Position numbers and translations under genes: made by a program
NCBI RefSeq assembly: GCF_006345805.1
Contig: NC_043005.1
Span: 71,548,001-71,612,000 of the forward strand
DNA: 64,000 nt
Direction of reading: 5' to 3'
Source: Octopus sinensis
Taxonomy: Eukaryota
The notes under the pieces: model-generated
Seen by the model: only the letters and a program-made list of their open reading frames with translations
What the model was told of the DNA's origin: nothing
The model's database searches: none
Part shown: in pieces, positions 14,166 to 26,385 of the stretch
Layout of the letters: each line of letters starts with the position of its first letter
Position numbering within the stretch: the stretch's first letter is position 1

Positions 14166-15195
14166 TTTATGCATCCATGTTAAATATTTCTGTCTGGTCA
14201 AAGAAATCAGGAATTTCATTTAAATAGAAGGTTCTGATTTCAGTAAAGGTTAAATTTGTTTTGATGCATTATTTTTGAAAAATATAAAATCTGCTATATC
14301 TTATATTTATCTATGTTTATGTTGACCCTGAATGATATGAGGGACCTTACTGTCTGGACATTGAATCTACAATGACCATTACTTCTGGAGGACACAATGT
14401 TTATCGACCATATAACTAATACATCGAATTTTAATTTATCTTACTTCAGGAACAATAAATATTTGGATGAGCCGCCTTCTAAAAGATTGTATGACCTACT
14501 AGAAACAGGATCCAAATTGCCCTCAAATCATATCCTGCCATTTGGATGAGCCAATATGGAAATCTCTACAAGATTATTTGATTTACTAGAAGTAAAAGCT
14601 AAAGCCATCTCAAATCACATCCTACCATCTTATAAAATGAAGGACACATTCAAAAATTGTGAGTGGTTCTTATACACTGTGACTGAAAAAGAAAAAAGAA
14701 AATGGTGTCTTTGGAATATCTTTAAAGATCAGTCTGGTCAGTTGCTGCTGACCAAGGGTTAAACAATAAAAACAATAACAGCAACCTTATAAGTGGAACA
14801 CTGGATTCTAAGTTATTAGAGTTTAGTATTACTAAGACCTGATAGTTAATACCTGGCAAGTAAATGTGATCTGAGGATGTTCCAGTGTTGCAGCTTAGGA
14901 AAGGAAAGATGCCAGTGTTTAGTTCGAGGTTCATAACATAAATTGTTATAATATAAATATAATCAGCAGTCCAAAGAATCTGGTCAGTAAAAATGATCAG
15001 TGAAGTTGATGGATTGAATTAAGTTTGCATGCCATGGGTAGAAGAGGAATATGTCACACTATATAAATTTATCTCCTCTCTTTTCTTTAGTCCTTATCTT
15101 TTAATCGAGTTACAAAGCCATCTTGATCTGGGAAAGTCCTTTATGTTCCATGTCTGACAACAGCTGATTTCTTCCAAAATAAATAGCAAGTAGGA

Positions 15196-15400
15196 AGAGA
15201 GAGACAGAGATAGAGACAGAGAGAAAGAGAGAGAGAGATTGTGTGTGAGAGAGAGAGATTGTTTGTGAGAGAGAGAGATTGTGAGTGAGAGAGAGAGAGA
15301 GAGATTGTGTGTGAGAGAGAGAGAGAGAGATTGTGAGTGAGAAAGAGAGATTGTGTGAGAGAGAGAGAGGCAGAGATTGTGGTGTGAGAGAGAGAGACTG
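15196..15400. repeat. Compound minisatellite (GA)n-TTGTG(T/A)GT, about 7 units of about 20-26 bp
   Basis: GAGAGAGAGATTGTGTGT-like units repeated in tandem. Confidence 0.85.
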
Positions 15401-16201
15401 ATAGGAGGGCTGGACTGGTACTTTATTCATTAAAATTAAAAGGATAAAAAAAAAAAAGACAAAGCTGAATGTAACAGGATTTGAACTCAGAGCTCAGAGT
15501 GCTAGAATGAACACTCATGACTCTACCACTTCACCATTTTATAAACTTATGCAAACTCACAAGCATCATTTCATCCTAACATGGTGATTGAATAATGAAT
15601 TCCAATCTCCTTGTTTTACAGTTGTTGACATTACCACAATACACACTTTCTTATTGAAAAATGCTCTTGTTTGTCAGTGGATGAGATATATTAAAAGGAA
15701 CAAGAATCAATGTCGTGGTGATATTAATGTAAAAGTCAAAGAGAAGATACAGCAAATATATCAGTAGGTTAGTCGCTGATTGCCATGTTAAATTAGCCAT
15801 AACATAAAACCACTTTAATTTAGTTTACTGGGGGTACCTGGATGTTAGGATAATGGTTGATTGTAGAGTCCAAATGTTTTGATAACATTCGACAATAGTG
15901 ACATAATGCTTGTTTTCCAATTTCTTTTGGTTAAACCACAAGTTAAGTTTTGCATGGATAGATGTGTGGCTGATTGAATTTTAATCCACTATATTGATTT
16001 CTGACATTGGCAAGAATTCATGACATTGACAAAGTGAGGTATTTAGACAATAATATCAATCTCAGTACTTGACTGGTGTTTATTTTATCAATCCCAGACA
16101 GATGAAATATAAATGCGACTGATACGAGGATAGGAATTTTAAGGGAGAAGTAAGTCAGTTACATGGACCCCAGTGCTTAACTGGTACTTATTTTATCAAC
16201 C

Positions 16202-16373
16202 TGGCGAGCTGAGAGGACCGTTAGCACATTCTGAGTTCAAATTCCACTGAGGTTGACTTTGCCTTTCATCCTAGTACCAGTTATGCACTGAGGTTGATAT
16301 AATAAACTTAATCCGTTTGTCTGTCCTTGTTTGTCCTCTCTGTGTTTAACCCCTTGTGGGTAGTAAATAAATA
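16202..16373 (+). mobile_element. SINE family B copy inserted antisense into another family B copy
   Basis: GGTACTTATTTTATCAACC is duplicated at 16183-16201 and 16374-16392. The flanks continue a minus-strand B element. Confidence 0.7.
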
Positions 16374-16654
16374 GGTACTTATTTTATCAACCCTGAAAGG
16401 ATGAAAGGTAAAATTTGAGTGGGGCATTTTTTAAAGTTGGGAGAAGCGACATACATTGTAAGGCTGACCAAGATTACTGAATATCATGATGCCAACTCTG
16501 GAAAGCTGAGGAAAGTGAATGGCTTAGTTGTTAGAATATTGCACTCATGATTGCAACATCGGGATTTCAATTCCTGAATCAGGTGGTGCATTGTACTCTT
16601 GAGCGAAACCGTATCATGAAAATTGTTTGAAGACAATTATTCGAAAAACAGTTC

Positions 16655-17047
16655 TTTTTTTTTTTCCTACTTGTTTCAGTCATTTGACTGCAGCCATGCT
16701 GGAGCACCACCTTCAGTTGAACAAATTGACCCCAGGACTTATTCTTTGTAAGCCTAGTACTTATTCTATCAGTCTCTTGTGCCGAACTGCTAAGTTACAG
16801 GGACATAAACACACCAACACCAGTTGTCAAGCGATGGTGGGGGAACAAACACAGACACACACACAAACATATATATATATATATACAACGAGCTTCTTTC
16901 AGTTTCCATCTACTAAATCAGCGCACAAGGAATTGGTCGGCCTGAGGCTATAGTAGAACACACTTGCCCAAGGCATCACACAGTGGGACTGAACCCAGAA
17001 CCATGTGGTTGGTAAGCAAGCTACTTACCACACAGCCGCTCCTGCGT
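16655..17047 (-). mobile_element. SINE family A, near full length
   Basis: Reverse-complement match to 42874-43324 along its length. Confidence 0.85.
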
Positions 17048-18700
17048 CTATTCAAAATAAATATCATTTCTGTACTTGATTTTTAATTTTATCATTTTTG
17101 TTTAAATAAAATCAAAAATCTAGAATACCTAACATTTCAAATAATTGTTCTTTTGAATAATTTTCATTCATACAATTTTCCATTCGAATAGATGTTTTTC
17201 AAATAATTGTTTTCAAATAATTATTATCGAACAATGTTCACATAATCGAGCGAAACACTTCATTTTCGCATTGCTCCAGTCTACTTAGCTGTAGATCGAC
17301 TGGTATCCTTTTAAAGGGAAACTTTGTGATCTTGGTCTCTTATAACACTTATAACACCATGAAAACTGAATAAGTGACCCTACAAGTTTTAGGACCAGAG
17401 ACAGTAATGTCGAAGGGGTTGACAAAGGTAGAAGATAAACACTAGGCAATTTTACAGAGCAGTTACTGCTTACAGCAGCAGCTGATAAAAACGTCTGTCT
17501 GTCATTGCTCAATCTGTGAGATGTAGCAAACAAACATTCCTCAAATCATCTTCTTAGAAAAAGGAGGACATATTAAGTAATCTAATTCAAGAGACCCTTA
17601 GAAAAAAGACAAGATGGTCATGTCCAGCAAAAGATTGGTTATCAAATCAAACCTATTTCTTAACTACCCACAAGGGGCTAAACACAGAGAGGACAAATAA
17701 GGACAGACAAACGGATTAAGTCGATTATATCGACCCCAGTGTGTAACTGGTACTTATTTAATCGACTTCGAAAGGATGAAAGGCAAAGTCGACCTTGACG
17801 GAATTTGAACTCAGAACGTAGCGGCAGACGAAATACTGCTAAACATTTCACCCGGCATGCTAACGATTCTGCCATAACCAAAAATCTGGCATCACCACCA
17901 ATATTATCATCATTGGTAACACTATCATGATCACATTTGGATCAGGGATAACCTTGGACCAAATGACAATATTCAGTACAGTAAATAGAGTGAGTCAGCG
18001 ACAGTTAGGACTATTATTGTGGACAACAGTGCAGCTGCACTGATGATAGAATGCAATGACTTCTCAACTGGTTATTCAGCAACATGTTGACCCAGATATC
18101 TGCAAATTATCCATTAATAAAGTTTGTCTTTAAAATCCTCATACTTTATGGGGTAACATGTTTTTCTTCTGTTGTTTTTTAATTAAATAGCTGACGTTAT
18201 ATGTGATTAATAAGAAGATGGAGTGACAAAAATAGCAAATGCTGGATTAAATATCATACTGTATTTTGCTTCTGAGTTGAAATCTTGCTAGGAATGATTT
18301 CTGCTGCTTGTGTTTTCATAAGATTGATGAAATAATGAAGTTATTAAACCTTCTTTATTTTGTGTCTTGGGAGGGTCGTTATGGCAACAATTTCCGGGGA
18401 GAGAGTAAGTTGATTACATCAACTCCAGCGCTTAACTGTTATTGTATTGACCCCCGAACGAATGAAGTGCTAAGTTAGTCTTGGAAGAATTTGAACTCAG
18501 AACATAAAGACAAACAAAATGCTGTTAAGTATTTTGTTTGGCTTGCTAACAATTCCGTTAGCTTGCCACCTTTGTCATTAACGGATAAACACATGCAAAG
18601 ATTCAATTTCACTTCTTTATTATTAGTCAGCTAGTTAAATAATTAACCAGTTGGTTAAACAGTTTAATCAGCTGTCTAAGTCATTTGAAAGGCCATTCTT

Positions 18701-18932
18701 ATTTCTTGACTGCCCACAAGGGGCTATACACAGAGGGGATAAACAAGGACAAACAAACGGATTAAGTTGATTATATCAACCCCAGTGCATAACTAGTACT
18801 TATTTAATCAACCCTGAAAGGATGAAAGGCAAAGACAACCTTGGCAGAATTTGAACTCAGAACATAGTGGCAGACGAAATACTGCTTAGCATTTCACCTG
18901 GTGTGCTAACGTTTCTGCCAGCTTGCCGCCTT
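18701..18932 (-). mobile_element. SINE family B, full length, with 13-bp TSD
   Basis: AAAGGCCATTCTT occurs at 18688-18700 and 18933-18945. Other B copies lie at about 17652-17873(-), 24040-24258(-), 24650-24810(+), 28915-29122(+), 37735-37930(-), 37960-38122(-) and 41975-42135(-). Confidence 0.85.
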
Positions 18933-19179
18933 AAAGGCCATTCTTGACCTCATCAAGGGCTTTCTCTCTCTCTCCTCTAGATCTGCTTCAGATCGTCTTT
19001 CTTACTTCCACACTACAATCTGGAAAGCTGAACTCTTCATTGCTAAATTCACTTATGATGGCAGTTAACTCTCTTTCAAATATCACACTCTTCTACATGT
19101 TTCAACCTTCAAATTTGTACAACTATTTGTTTTGTTGTGTTTTTCATTGTTGTTTTACTGTTGTTTATCCTCTTATTAA

Positions 19180-19440
19180 ATAAAAATAATAAATGTGCCC
19201 TTTTAAAGCCTAACCAGGCTCATGGGCCCGGTTTCCCTGTTTCAATGGCGTATGTGTTCCCCAGTTGGATGGGACACCAGTCCATCGCAGCGTTACTCAT
19301 TTTTGCCAGGTGAGTGGACTGGAGCAATGTGAAATGAAGTGTTTTGCTCAAGAACACAATACGTCGACCGGTTCAGGAATTGAAACCACAATCTTGCAAT
19401 CATGATGCTGACACCATAACCACTAAGCCATGCACCTCCA
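19180..19440 (-). mobile_element. SINE family C, full length
   Basis: Reverse-complement match to 29762-30017. Confidence 0.85.
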
Positions 19441-20246
19441 CTTTTCCTGTTATTACTTGGTATTTAATTCTTTCCACAATAACTACTTCTTCCAGATTTG
19501 TAATCTCAGATTACTAATTGCAAGCAATTTATGGAGACAATTGATAACCTTACTCGTAGTGTCTTCTTTGCATTTTGACAGAAGAGAAAATAGGAATAAC
19601 CACAGAACTGTGGTTTTTATCCAATTGGGTTTAGTAGAAGCAAGCATGGCTAGGTCACTGAGAACTTCTCTTTAGAATGACGTGGTTCCGCTTTTTGAGT
19701 CCATTTTTGTGGCACATTGAGCAAATGTCTTTTTCTGTAGCCTCAGGTGAACCAGTATCTTGTGAGTAGATTTGGTAGACAGAATCTGAGCAGGAGCCAG
19801 TTGTGTGTGTGTGCACATGTGCATGTGTGTGTTCAATACACATGTACACGGTGGTGATTGCCAATTCTATGCTGAAGAAGGCCATCTTTTCACTTAATAA
19901 ATGGCATCAAGAGATCTCATATCACTAACAAGTCTGGCTTTGGACAAACAAACCTTACAACTGATGTTACAAACATTTTCAGGCAGAAAAGTATCTGAGA
20001 TTGAAGTCAAGTTCTATTACATATATAATTTTATTCCAATGCTGGATGAGCCATTTGAACAAATTTATCAGACTATAGTTTTGTACTAAGTTCAATTTGT
20101 TGAAATTAATTTGATCACACATATGAATAGACACATATATACACATGTTTGTATATATGTATGAGATTAAATTGTACAATAACAAAAGTGTAACTTAGCT
20201 GTACACGAATTTCAAGCAATATATAAATATTTTAAATATGTACCAA

Positions 20247-20667
20247 CAGTCCTGGACTAACCATTAAGCAAAATAATCACATGCTTAGGGCATCAAGATA
20301 AGGAGGGGGACACCACAGAAATAGTAAATGGTTTACAGCACAAAAGAAATCCTTTTAAATTTGCTAAAATATTTAGGATGCCTTTATCTCAACTATGTAT
20401 AGATGTAGATGTATTATCTAAGATTAATTTTGAAGATTTGATCAAAAACTCTGCAATTTAAAAGTAGGAGGAAAGTTTTCACATATAAATAAAGAGGAAG
20501 TATACAAAAATAAACATTATTTTCCCTCTTACTGTTTTGTTTCGTTTGAAATATAAGAATTTATTTTATGGTTTGTTATTGTTTATATTTTGAATTACAC
20601 AATCTTTTATGGGGGCACCAAAATCATTTAAGTGCTTATGAGCTCAACGAGTTTTAATCCGGTCCTG
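20247..20667. mobile_element. hAT-like MITE
   Basis: Imperfect TIRs CAGTCCTGGACTAA / TTAATCCGGTCCTG. The 8-bp flanks TGTACCAA and AGTACTAA match at 6/8, consistent with an 8-bp hAT TSD. Confidence 0.55.
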
Positions 20668-22404
20668 AGTACTAAAGCTAAAATAAGTACTGTGGAGTTA
20701 ATATGATCAACAAAAGCCCAGATAGCAGTGCTCCAGCATAGCCACAGTCTCATGATTGAAAACTAGTAAAAAAGTAAAAGGATTCCCTCTCAAACCTTTT
20801 AAAAAGTCTAAAGTGAGCTTCTTTGACAAAGAATTTGATATAGTGGAATAGAATACCAGTGACCATGCTGTACATCATCATCATCATCACCACCATCATC
20901 AGCACATTTTATTGTCCACTTGACTGTGTTTGAATGGATCAGACAGAATTCATTGAGACAGATTTTCTTTAAGTGGATGCCCTTTTCTGTTGCCAGCCTT
21001 CATTTGTTTCCAAGTTTTTGCCACATAAGTGGATGTGATTTCCAGGAAAACTGGAACTGAATGACAAACTTTGTATAAGGGTGACACTCACTTTAAGACT
21101 ACCATGTGGTTTCAAGACAAGCAGACAAACACACACATTTACTTACATACCACACACACACACACACACACTCATTTACATATATTCCATACACACACAT
21201 GTATATATATTTATATATCATCATCATCATCATCATCTAACATCCGTCTTCCATGCTGGTATGGGTTGGATGGTTTGACAGGAGCTAGAAAGCCAAGCTC
21301 TACTGCCTGCTTCTACTGGATGCCCTCCCTAACACCAATTGCATTACAAAGTGGACTGAGTGCTTTTTATGTGGCACCAGCACAGGCAAGGTTTGTTTTG
21401 GTATGGTTATTGTGATTGGATACTTTTCTTACACACACACACACACACACACAACATATACAATGGGATTCTTTCACCTTCCATCTACAAAATCCACTCA
21501 AAATGGTTTGGTCAGCTTGAAGCTATAATAGAAGACACTTGTCCAAAGTAAATCACAGTAAAATTAAACATGAAACTACATGATTGAGAAGCAAACGTCT
21601 TTCTTAACCACTCAACCATTCCTTTTGCTGTATAATGAAATGATGGTACCCTCTAGCAGTTCAATAAAGATGGTTCTGCAATTTTTTCCTGCACAAATGA
21701 TTTGTTTGTAGTGATTAAATGTCTGTGCATTAACCCGCTCCATCAAATAAACTCCTTCATCAAATCAGTGTTGCTTGAGCTGGTGCACATTGTACCATGC
21801 ATTAGATGTCAAAGCAATCTCAGAACTACAAGAGATGAAGCGTTTTTCTCAAGAACATAAACACTATCCAGTCCAGGAATTGAAACTACGATCTCATGAT
21901 TGTGAGTGCAACACCCTAACCACAAAGGCCACACACCCTCACATAAGGAAATACTCTGAAACACAATAATATAGAATGCTATCACAAAATAAAATAGAGA
22001 TAAATATAACAGCCTCTGTATTTAATGGCTGGTATAACTTCACAATAATGAAATTGTTTTAATAGTTATTTCTTTGACTGATTCCAAGAAATTTACTTGT
22101 TTGAAGTGATCACTGGTCTTCAATAACATATTTTGTTCAAATAACTTCAAAGGTTTTGCTGCTTGATAAATCACTAGCATTGGATTGTATATATTATAAG
22201 TTCATAGACTTTAAAGGGGGAAAAAAGAGAGGCGTCTTTTCTTTATATGTTTCTACATTTCCAGCTGAATGTGATGTTTATTGTGTTGCTTGATTCCAAA
22301 TCGGCCCTAATTTAAAAGTCCTATGATCAAAGGAATTTTAGTTTTGACCATCTTGTCTTTTGTATTTTATTTGTCTATTTGTTTGTCTGTTTGTTTGTAG
22401 TTCA

Positions 22405-22897
22405 TTTGCTTGCTTCAGTCATTGGACTGCAGCCATGTCGTGAGACCTTGAACGGTTTATTCACACAAATCGTCCCCAGTACTTATTTTTTCTTTTTAAG
22501 TCTAATACTTATTCTGTTGGCTTCCTTTTGCTGAGCTGCTGGGTTATGGGGACTATAAACAAACCAACACCAGTTATCAAGTGGCGGAGAAGGATCAAAC
22601 ACATACACAAAGACACACACAAACACACACACACACATATATATACAGAAATAAATTTTTATTTCTTAAACACGTGATAATGCTAATAAAATAGTGTAAA
22701 CAGGATAGATTATCCATATATTACAGAAAAATGCGTTACCAGCCAGTAACGTATTTTTCTGCCATATATGGATAATTTATCCTGTTCATACTATTTTATT
22801 AGCATTACCACGTGTTTGAGAATTAAAAATTTATTTCTGTATCTTTCAATACATCTCAACGCTTTTAAAAACAAACTTTGTTTACTTTCATCGTAAG

Positions 22898-22932
<35 letters not shown>

Positions 22933-23100
22933 ATGAGCTTCCACACAGTTTCCATCTTCCAAATTCACCCCCAAAATATTGGTTGGTCCAGAGCTATAAT
23001 AGAAGATACTTGCCCAAGGTGTCATGCAGTGGGACTGAACCTAAAACCACACAATGGCAAAGTGAGCTCCTTAACCAAACAAACATACTTGCACCTTTCT
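22405..23100 (-). mobile_element. SINE family A split by the foldback element at 22643-22842
   Basis: The 3' half lies at about 22405-22640 and the 5' half at about 22925-23100. Both are on the minus strand, separated by the hairpin and TA repeats. Confidence 0.65.
22643..22842. mobile_element. 200-bp foldback (palindromic) MITE-like element
   Basis: The 97-bp arms (22643-22739 and 22746-22842) are reverse complements with 9 mismatches around a 6-nt loop CAGCCA. Located in a TA microsatellite. Confidence 0.85.
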
Positions 23101-23628
23101 TTCTTTCTTCTTATTTTTTTTCAAAAGTGATGTAATTTTTGTGACCTAATTTTTCTAAGATAATACAGTAGACTACTTGAAAAAGAAAGGTTAGGCTGTT
23201 ATTTTTAGCAAGCCATGTGACCATATAAAAGCTCTTTAGCAGAGCATTTGTCATAGAAGACGAAATAGAAATATGAATTACCGAGCAGTTTCAACAATAT
23301 TAGACAAACAATGTTAGACAATTGTAATAACATTTTAGTTTAACAATATCCATTGAATTTCAAGTCCATGGTTCATAACAGGAATTTGATATATGGTCGC
23401 AGTTTGACTGCAACATATACATGACTGGTTTATGGTCAATGTGAGGGAATAAAGCCTTGGTCAATATTTATTTTATCATAGAATTGTTAGACTAATCACT
23501 TTCTATAGTTATTAAATGCATACTGTACTGTTATAGTTTTTAGTGCTTGTTTGTATTAACTGTTTCTCAGTCACACAAGGAATGATGATGATGATGATGA
23601 TGACGACGAGGAGGATGACGACGATGAT

Positions 23629-23961
23629 GATGACAGTGTTTCTCTAAAAGGAATGGAGAAACCATCAAAATACAAAGACCTGAAAATAGAGGTCACTTGT
23701 AAAAGAGAAACAATTCATATCATAGTAGGCACATTAGGTATGATAAAAAAAAATATTCAGACAAATACATGACAAAAAAAACAGGATTAACAAGTATATA
23801 TAACATACAGAAAATAGCACTACTAGGCACAGCACACTTTCTACGTAAAACACTTTGAATACAGTAAAAATAAGAGCATCACAACAAACCACAGCACATA
23901 CCCAAGACACAGCGAGCTGCACTTGGTAGTGCAGTGAAAGCATGTGATAAAAAGAAGGCTA

Positions 23962-24010
<49 letters not shown>

Positions 24011-24047
24011 TTAACAACAACAATAATAATAATAATAATAATAATAA
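23629..24047 (+). mobile_element. R4/Dong-like REL-endonuclease LINE 3' end, 5'-truncated, with (TAA)n tail
   Basis: Translates DDSVSLKGMEKPSKYKDLKIEVT...TIHIIVGTLGMIKK...NIQKIALLGTAHFLRK, then a 3' UTR and (AAT)n. Clearly homologous to 58841-59240. Confidence 0.8.
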
Positions 24048-24810
24048 TCCTTTCAGCTAAAGGCACAAAACCTGAAATTTGTGGGGCAGGTCTAATCAAT
24101 TACATTGATCCCAGTGTTTCAATGGTACTTGATTTATCAACCTTGAATGGATGAAAGGCAAAGTTGGCCCTGGTGGAATTTGAACTCAGAACATATAGAT
24201 GGATGAAATGCTGCTAAGCATTTTGCCCAGTATGCTAACGATTCTGCCAGCTCACCAGTAATAGTTCTAATGATTTCCTAATAATAATAATAATAATAAT
24301 AATAAATAGAAGAGTGCCATATCATGTGAAATTGGTTCAAAAATGACATGTCAGTCTACTTCATTTTTTGTTAAGACTATATAGGACCAAGGTGATTCAT
24401 CCAGAAGTTATACACAAATAAATTATATCAACCCCAGTGTATCACTGGTAATTATGTAATCGACCCCAAAAAGCTTGAAAGGCAAATTTGAAATTGGCGG
24501 AATTTGAATTTAGAACATAAAGACCCAGAAAAAAAATGCTTCTAAACATTTTGTCCTACATGTTAATGATCCCACCAGATTGTTGCTTTAATTATAATGT
24601 TAACAATAATGATGTTAAATAATAAAAATGTTTAATGGCATTTTCTTCTGGTTTTATAGTCCGAGTTCAAATTCTGCAAGGGTTGACTTTGCTTTTCATC
24701 CTTTCAGGGCCGATAAAATAAGTATCAGTTGATCACTGGGGTCGATATAATCAGCAAGCACCATTTCCCACAAAATTTCAGGCTTTGTGCCTATAGAAGA
24801 CAGGATTATT

Positions 24811-25020
24811 GTTGCCAGTACTGCCTGACTGGCCCTCATGCCAGTGGCACGTAAAAGCACCCACTACACTCTTGGAGTGGTTGGCATTAGGAAGGGCATC
24901 CAGCTGAAGAAGCTCTAACAGATCAAATTGGAGCCTGGTGCAGCCATCTGGTTTGCCAGTCCTCAGTCAAATCGTCCAACCCATGCTAGCATGGAAAGCA
25001 GACATTAAACGATGATGATG
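24811..25020 (+). mobile_element. RTE-type 3' module with (GAT)n tail
   Basis: GGTTGGCATTAGGAAGGGCATCCAGC...CCAACCCATGCTAGCATGGAAAGCAGACATTAAACGATGATGATG. Further copies at about 8770-8960(-), 10255-10450(-), 13480-13700(+), 21215-21400(-), 45600-45836(+), 48380-48560(+) and 60995-61165(+). Confidence 0.65.
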
Positions 25021-26099
25021 AAAGATCAGAAATATTTTCAAAGTGTTTTCAAAATTGGTTGCTTTCTTACTCAAAATGCCTAAACCGTTATGTAAATGTT
25101 ACTGGCACTTATCAATAACCAGTTTTATTAAAACCAATAGAGTTTCTGAAAACCAGACGCATCAGCTTGTTAGTATTCAGGTTACCCTGTTAAATGTAAT
25201 GTTTATTTATTCACATTGTTTTGAATTAACCATGCATTACATTGTAGCTTTGAGATTTCAATGATGTGATTATTTATATTCAGAATGACATCATATGTAG
25301 GGTAGGTGTAATAAGCCAGATCTGGAGGGATTGAACATAAAGCAGACAATATTTGAGCTAGACATGGATGGGTTAAATACTAAAGATTAAAATTGAGAGA
25401 ACTTCTGAATATTGATTATTGAGTGCGGCATAATGACTGTATAAAAAGTTTCAAGTTTGACCAGAAACTTAACCTCATATCTGGTGCTTCATAATAATAT
25501 TAGGCAAGAGATATTAGAGAAATACAATTAATGGTCTACAATATCATTTCACATTTTTATGGATGTTTGGTAATGGTCTTGTTTTTTATTCTTTTGCTGT
25601 CTAAAATATTAAATATTTAACCCTTTAGCACTTGAATTACTCTGTTAAATGCGATACTTATTTATTCACATCGTTTTGAATTAATAATGTATCATCTCAT
25701 AACTCTTAGCTTTTGCTGATATGATTGTTTATTTTTTTAAATGATGTTGTAGAGTAGGTGTAATAGGCCAGACTTGAGCAGTTTGAACAGAAAATAGGAT
25801 GAATATTTGGGCCAAATAATGTCAATTTGCATGTTAAAGGATTAAGACTACATTTTTTGTATTACATTGCTTTATAGTATTGTTGTAAAATGTAGTCAAC
25901 CTCTTGGCATGAACACGGCTCCAACAGCCAAGTCAGCAACTGGGAAACTGTAGGTCAGCCCAGCAAGTCACTTACCTAGAGAGGAGGAAGTAGTCGTACT
26001 CAGCTGGATGTCTTGTGTGATGTGGTTTCACATCGACTGGTCACATAGCCATCTTTACATCAACTGTTCATTCACACCACCTTGAGGTTCCACATTTTG

Positions 26100-26385
26100 C
26101 CATGCAGTCATTTTCAATCACTGGAGGTGGTTTGTGTGCCCACTAGTTTTTATCATGGGACAGGTTTTGCAAATTACCCAGTGAATATACAGTACTGCTC
26201 TATCATGCCTATGGAGGTACTCTGTAGGTGCATGAAGGTTGCACATGGAGACAACATGATCAATGGTTTTATTTTATTGTTTACATACACAACATGTTGG
26301 GGACTGCAGTTCTTTAAGATGTTGGCCTGGTAGCTTCTTGTATGTAGGCATTGATCTTGGACTGGCTCCATTGTCAGCTTCACAC
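26100..26385 (-). mobile_element. Frameshifted R4/Dong-like LINE fragment (post-RT region and CCHC zinc knuckle)
   Basis: Across frames: QDQCLHTRSYQANILKN / PTCCVCKQ*NKTIDHVVSMCNLHAPTEYLHRHDRAVLYIHWVICK / HKPPPVIEND. This matches the AQDQ...C-x2-C-x8-H-x4-C...EY-x2-RH...IHW pattern of REL LINEs. Confidence 0.75.

Noticed and set aside
14450-14640. Apparent exon after CTTACTTCAG with a 13-bp direct repeat ATTTGGATGAGCC (14461, 14540)
   Set aside because: It overlaps two copies of the dispersed SINE-like module, and the donor is weak.
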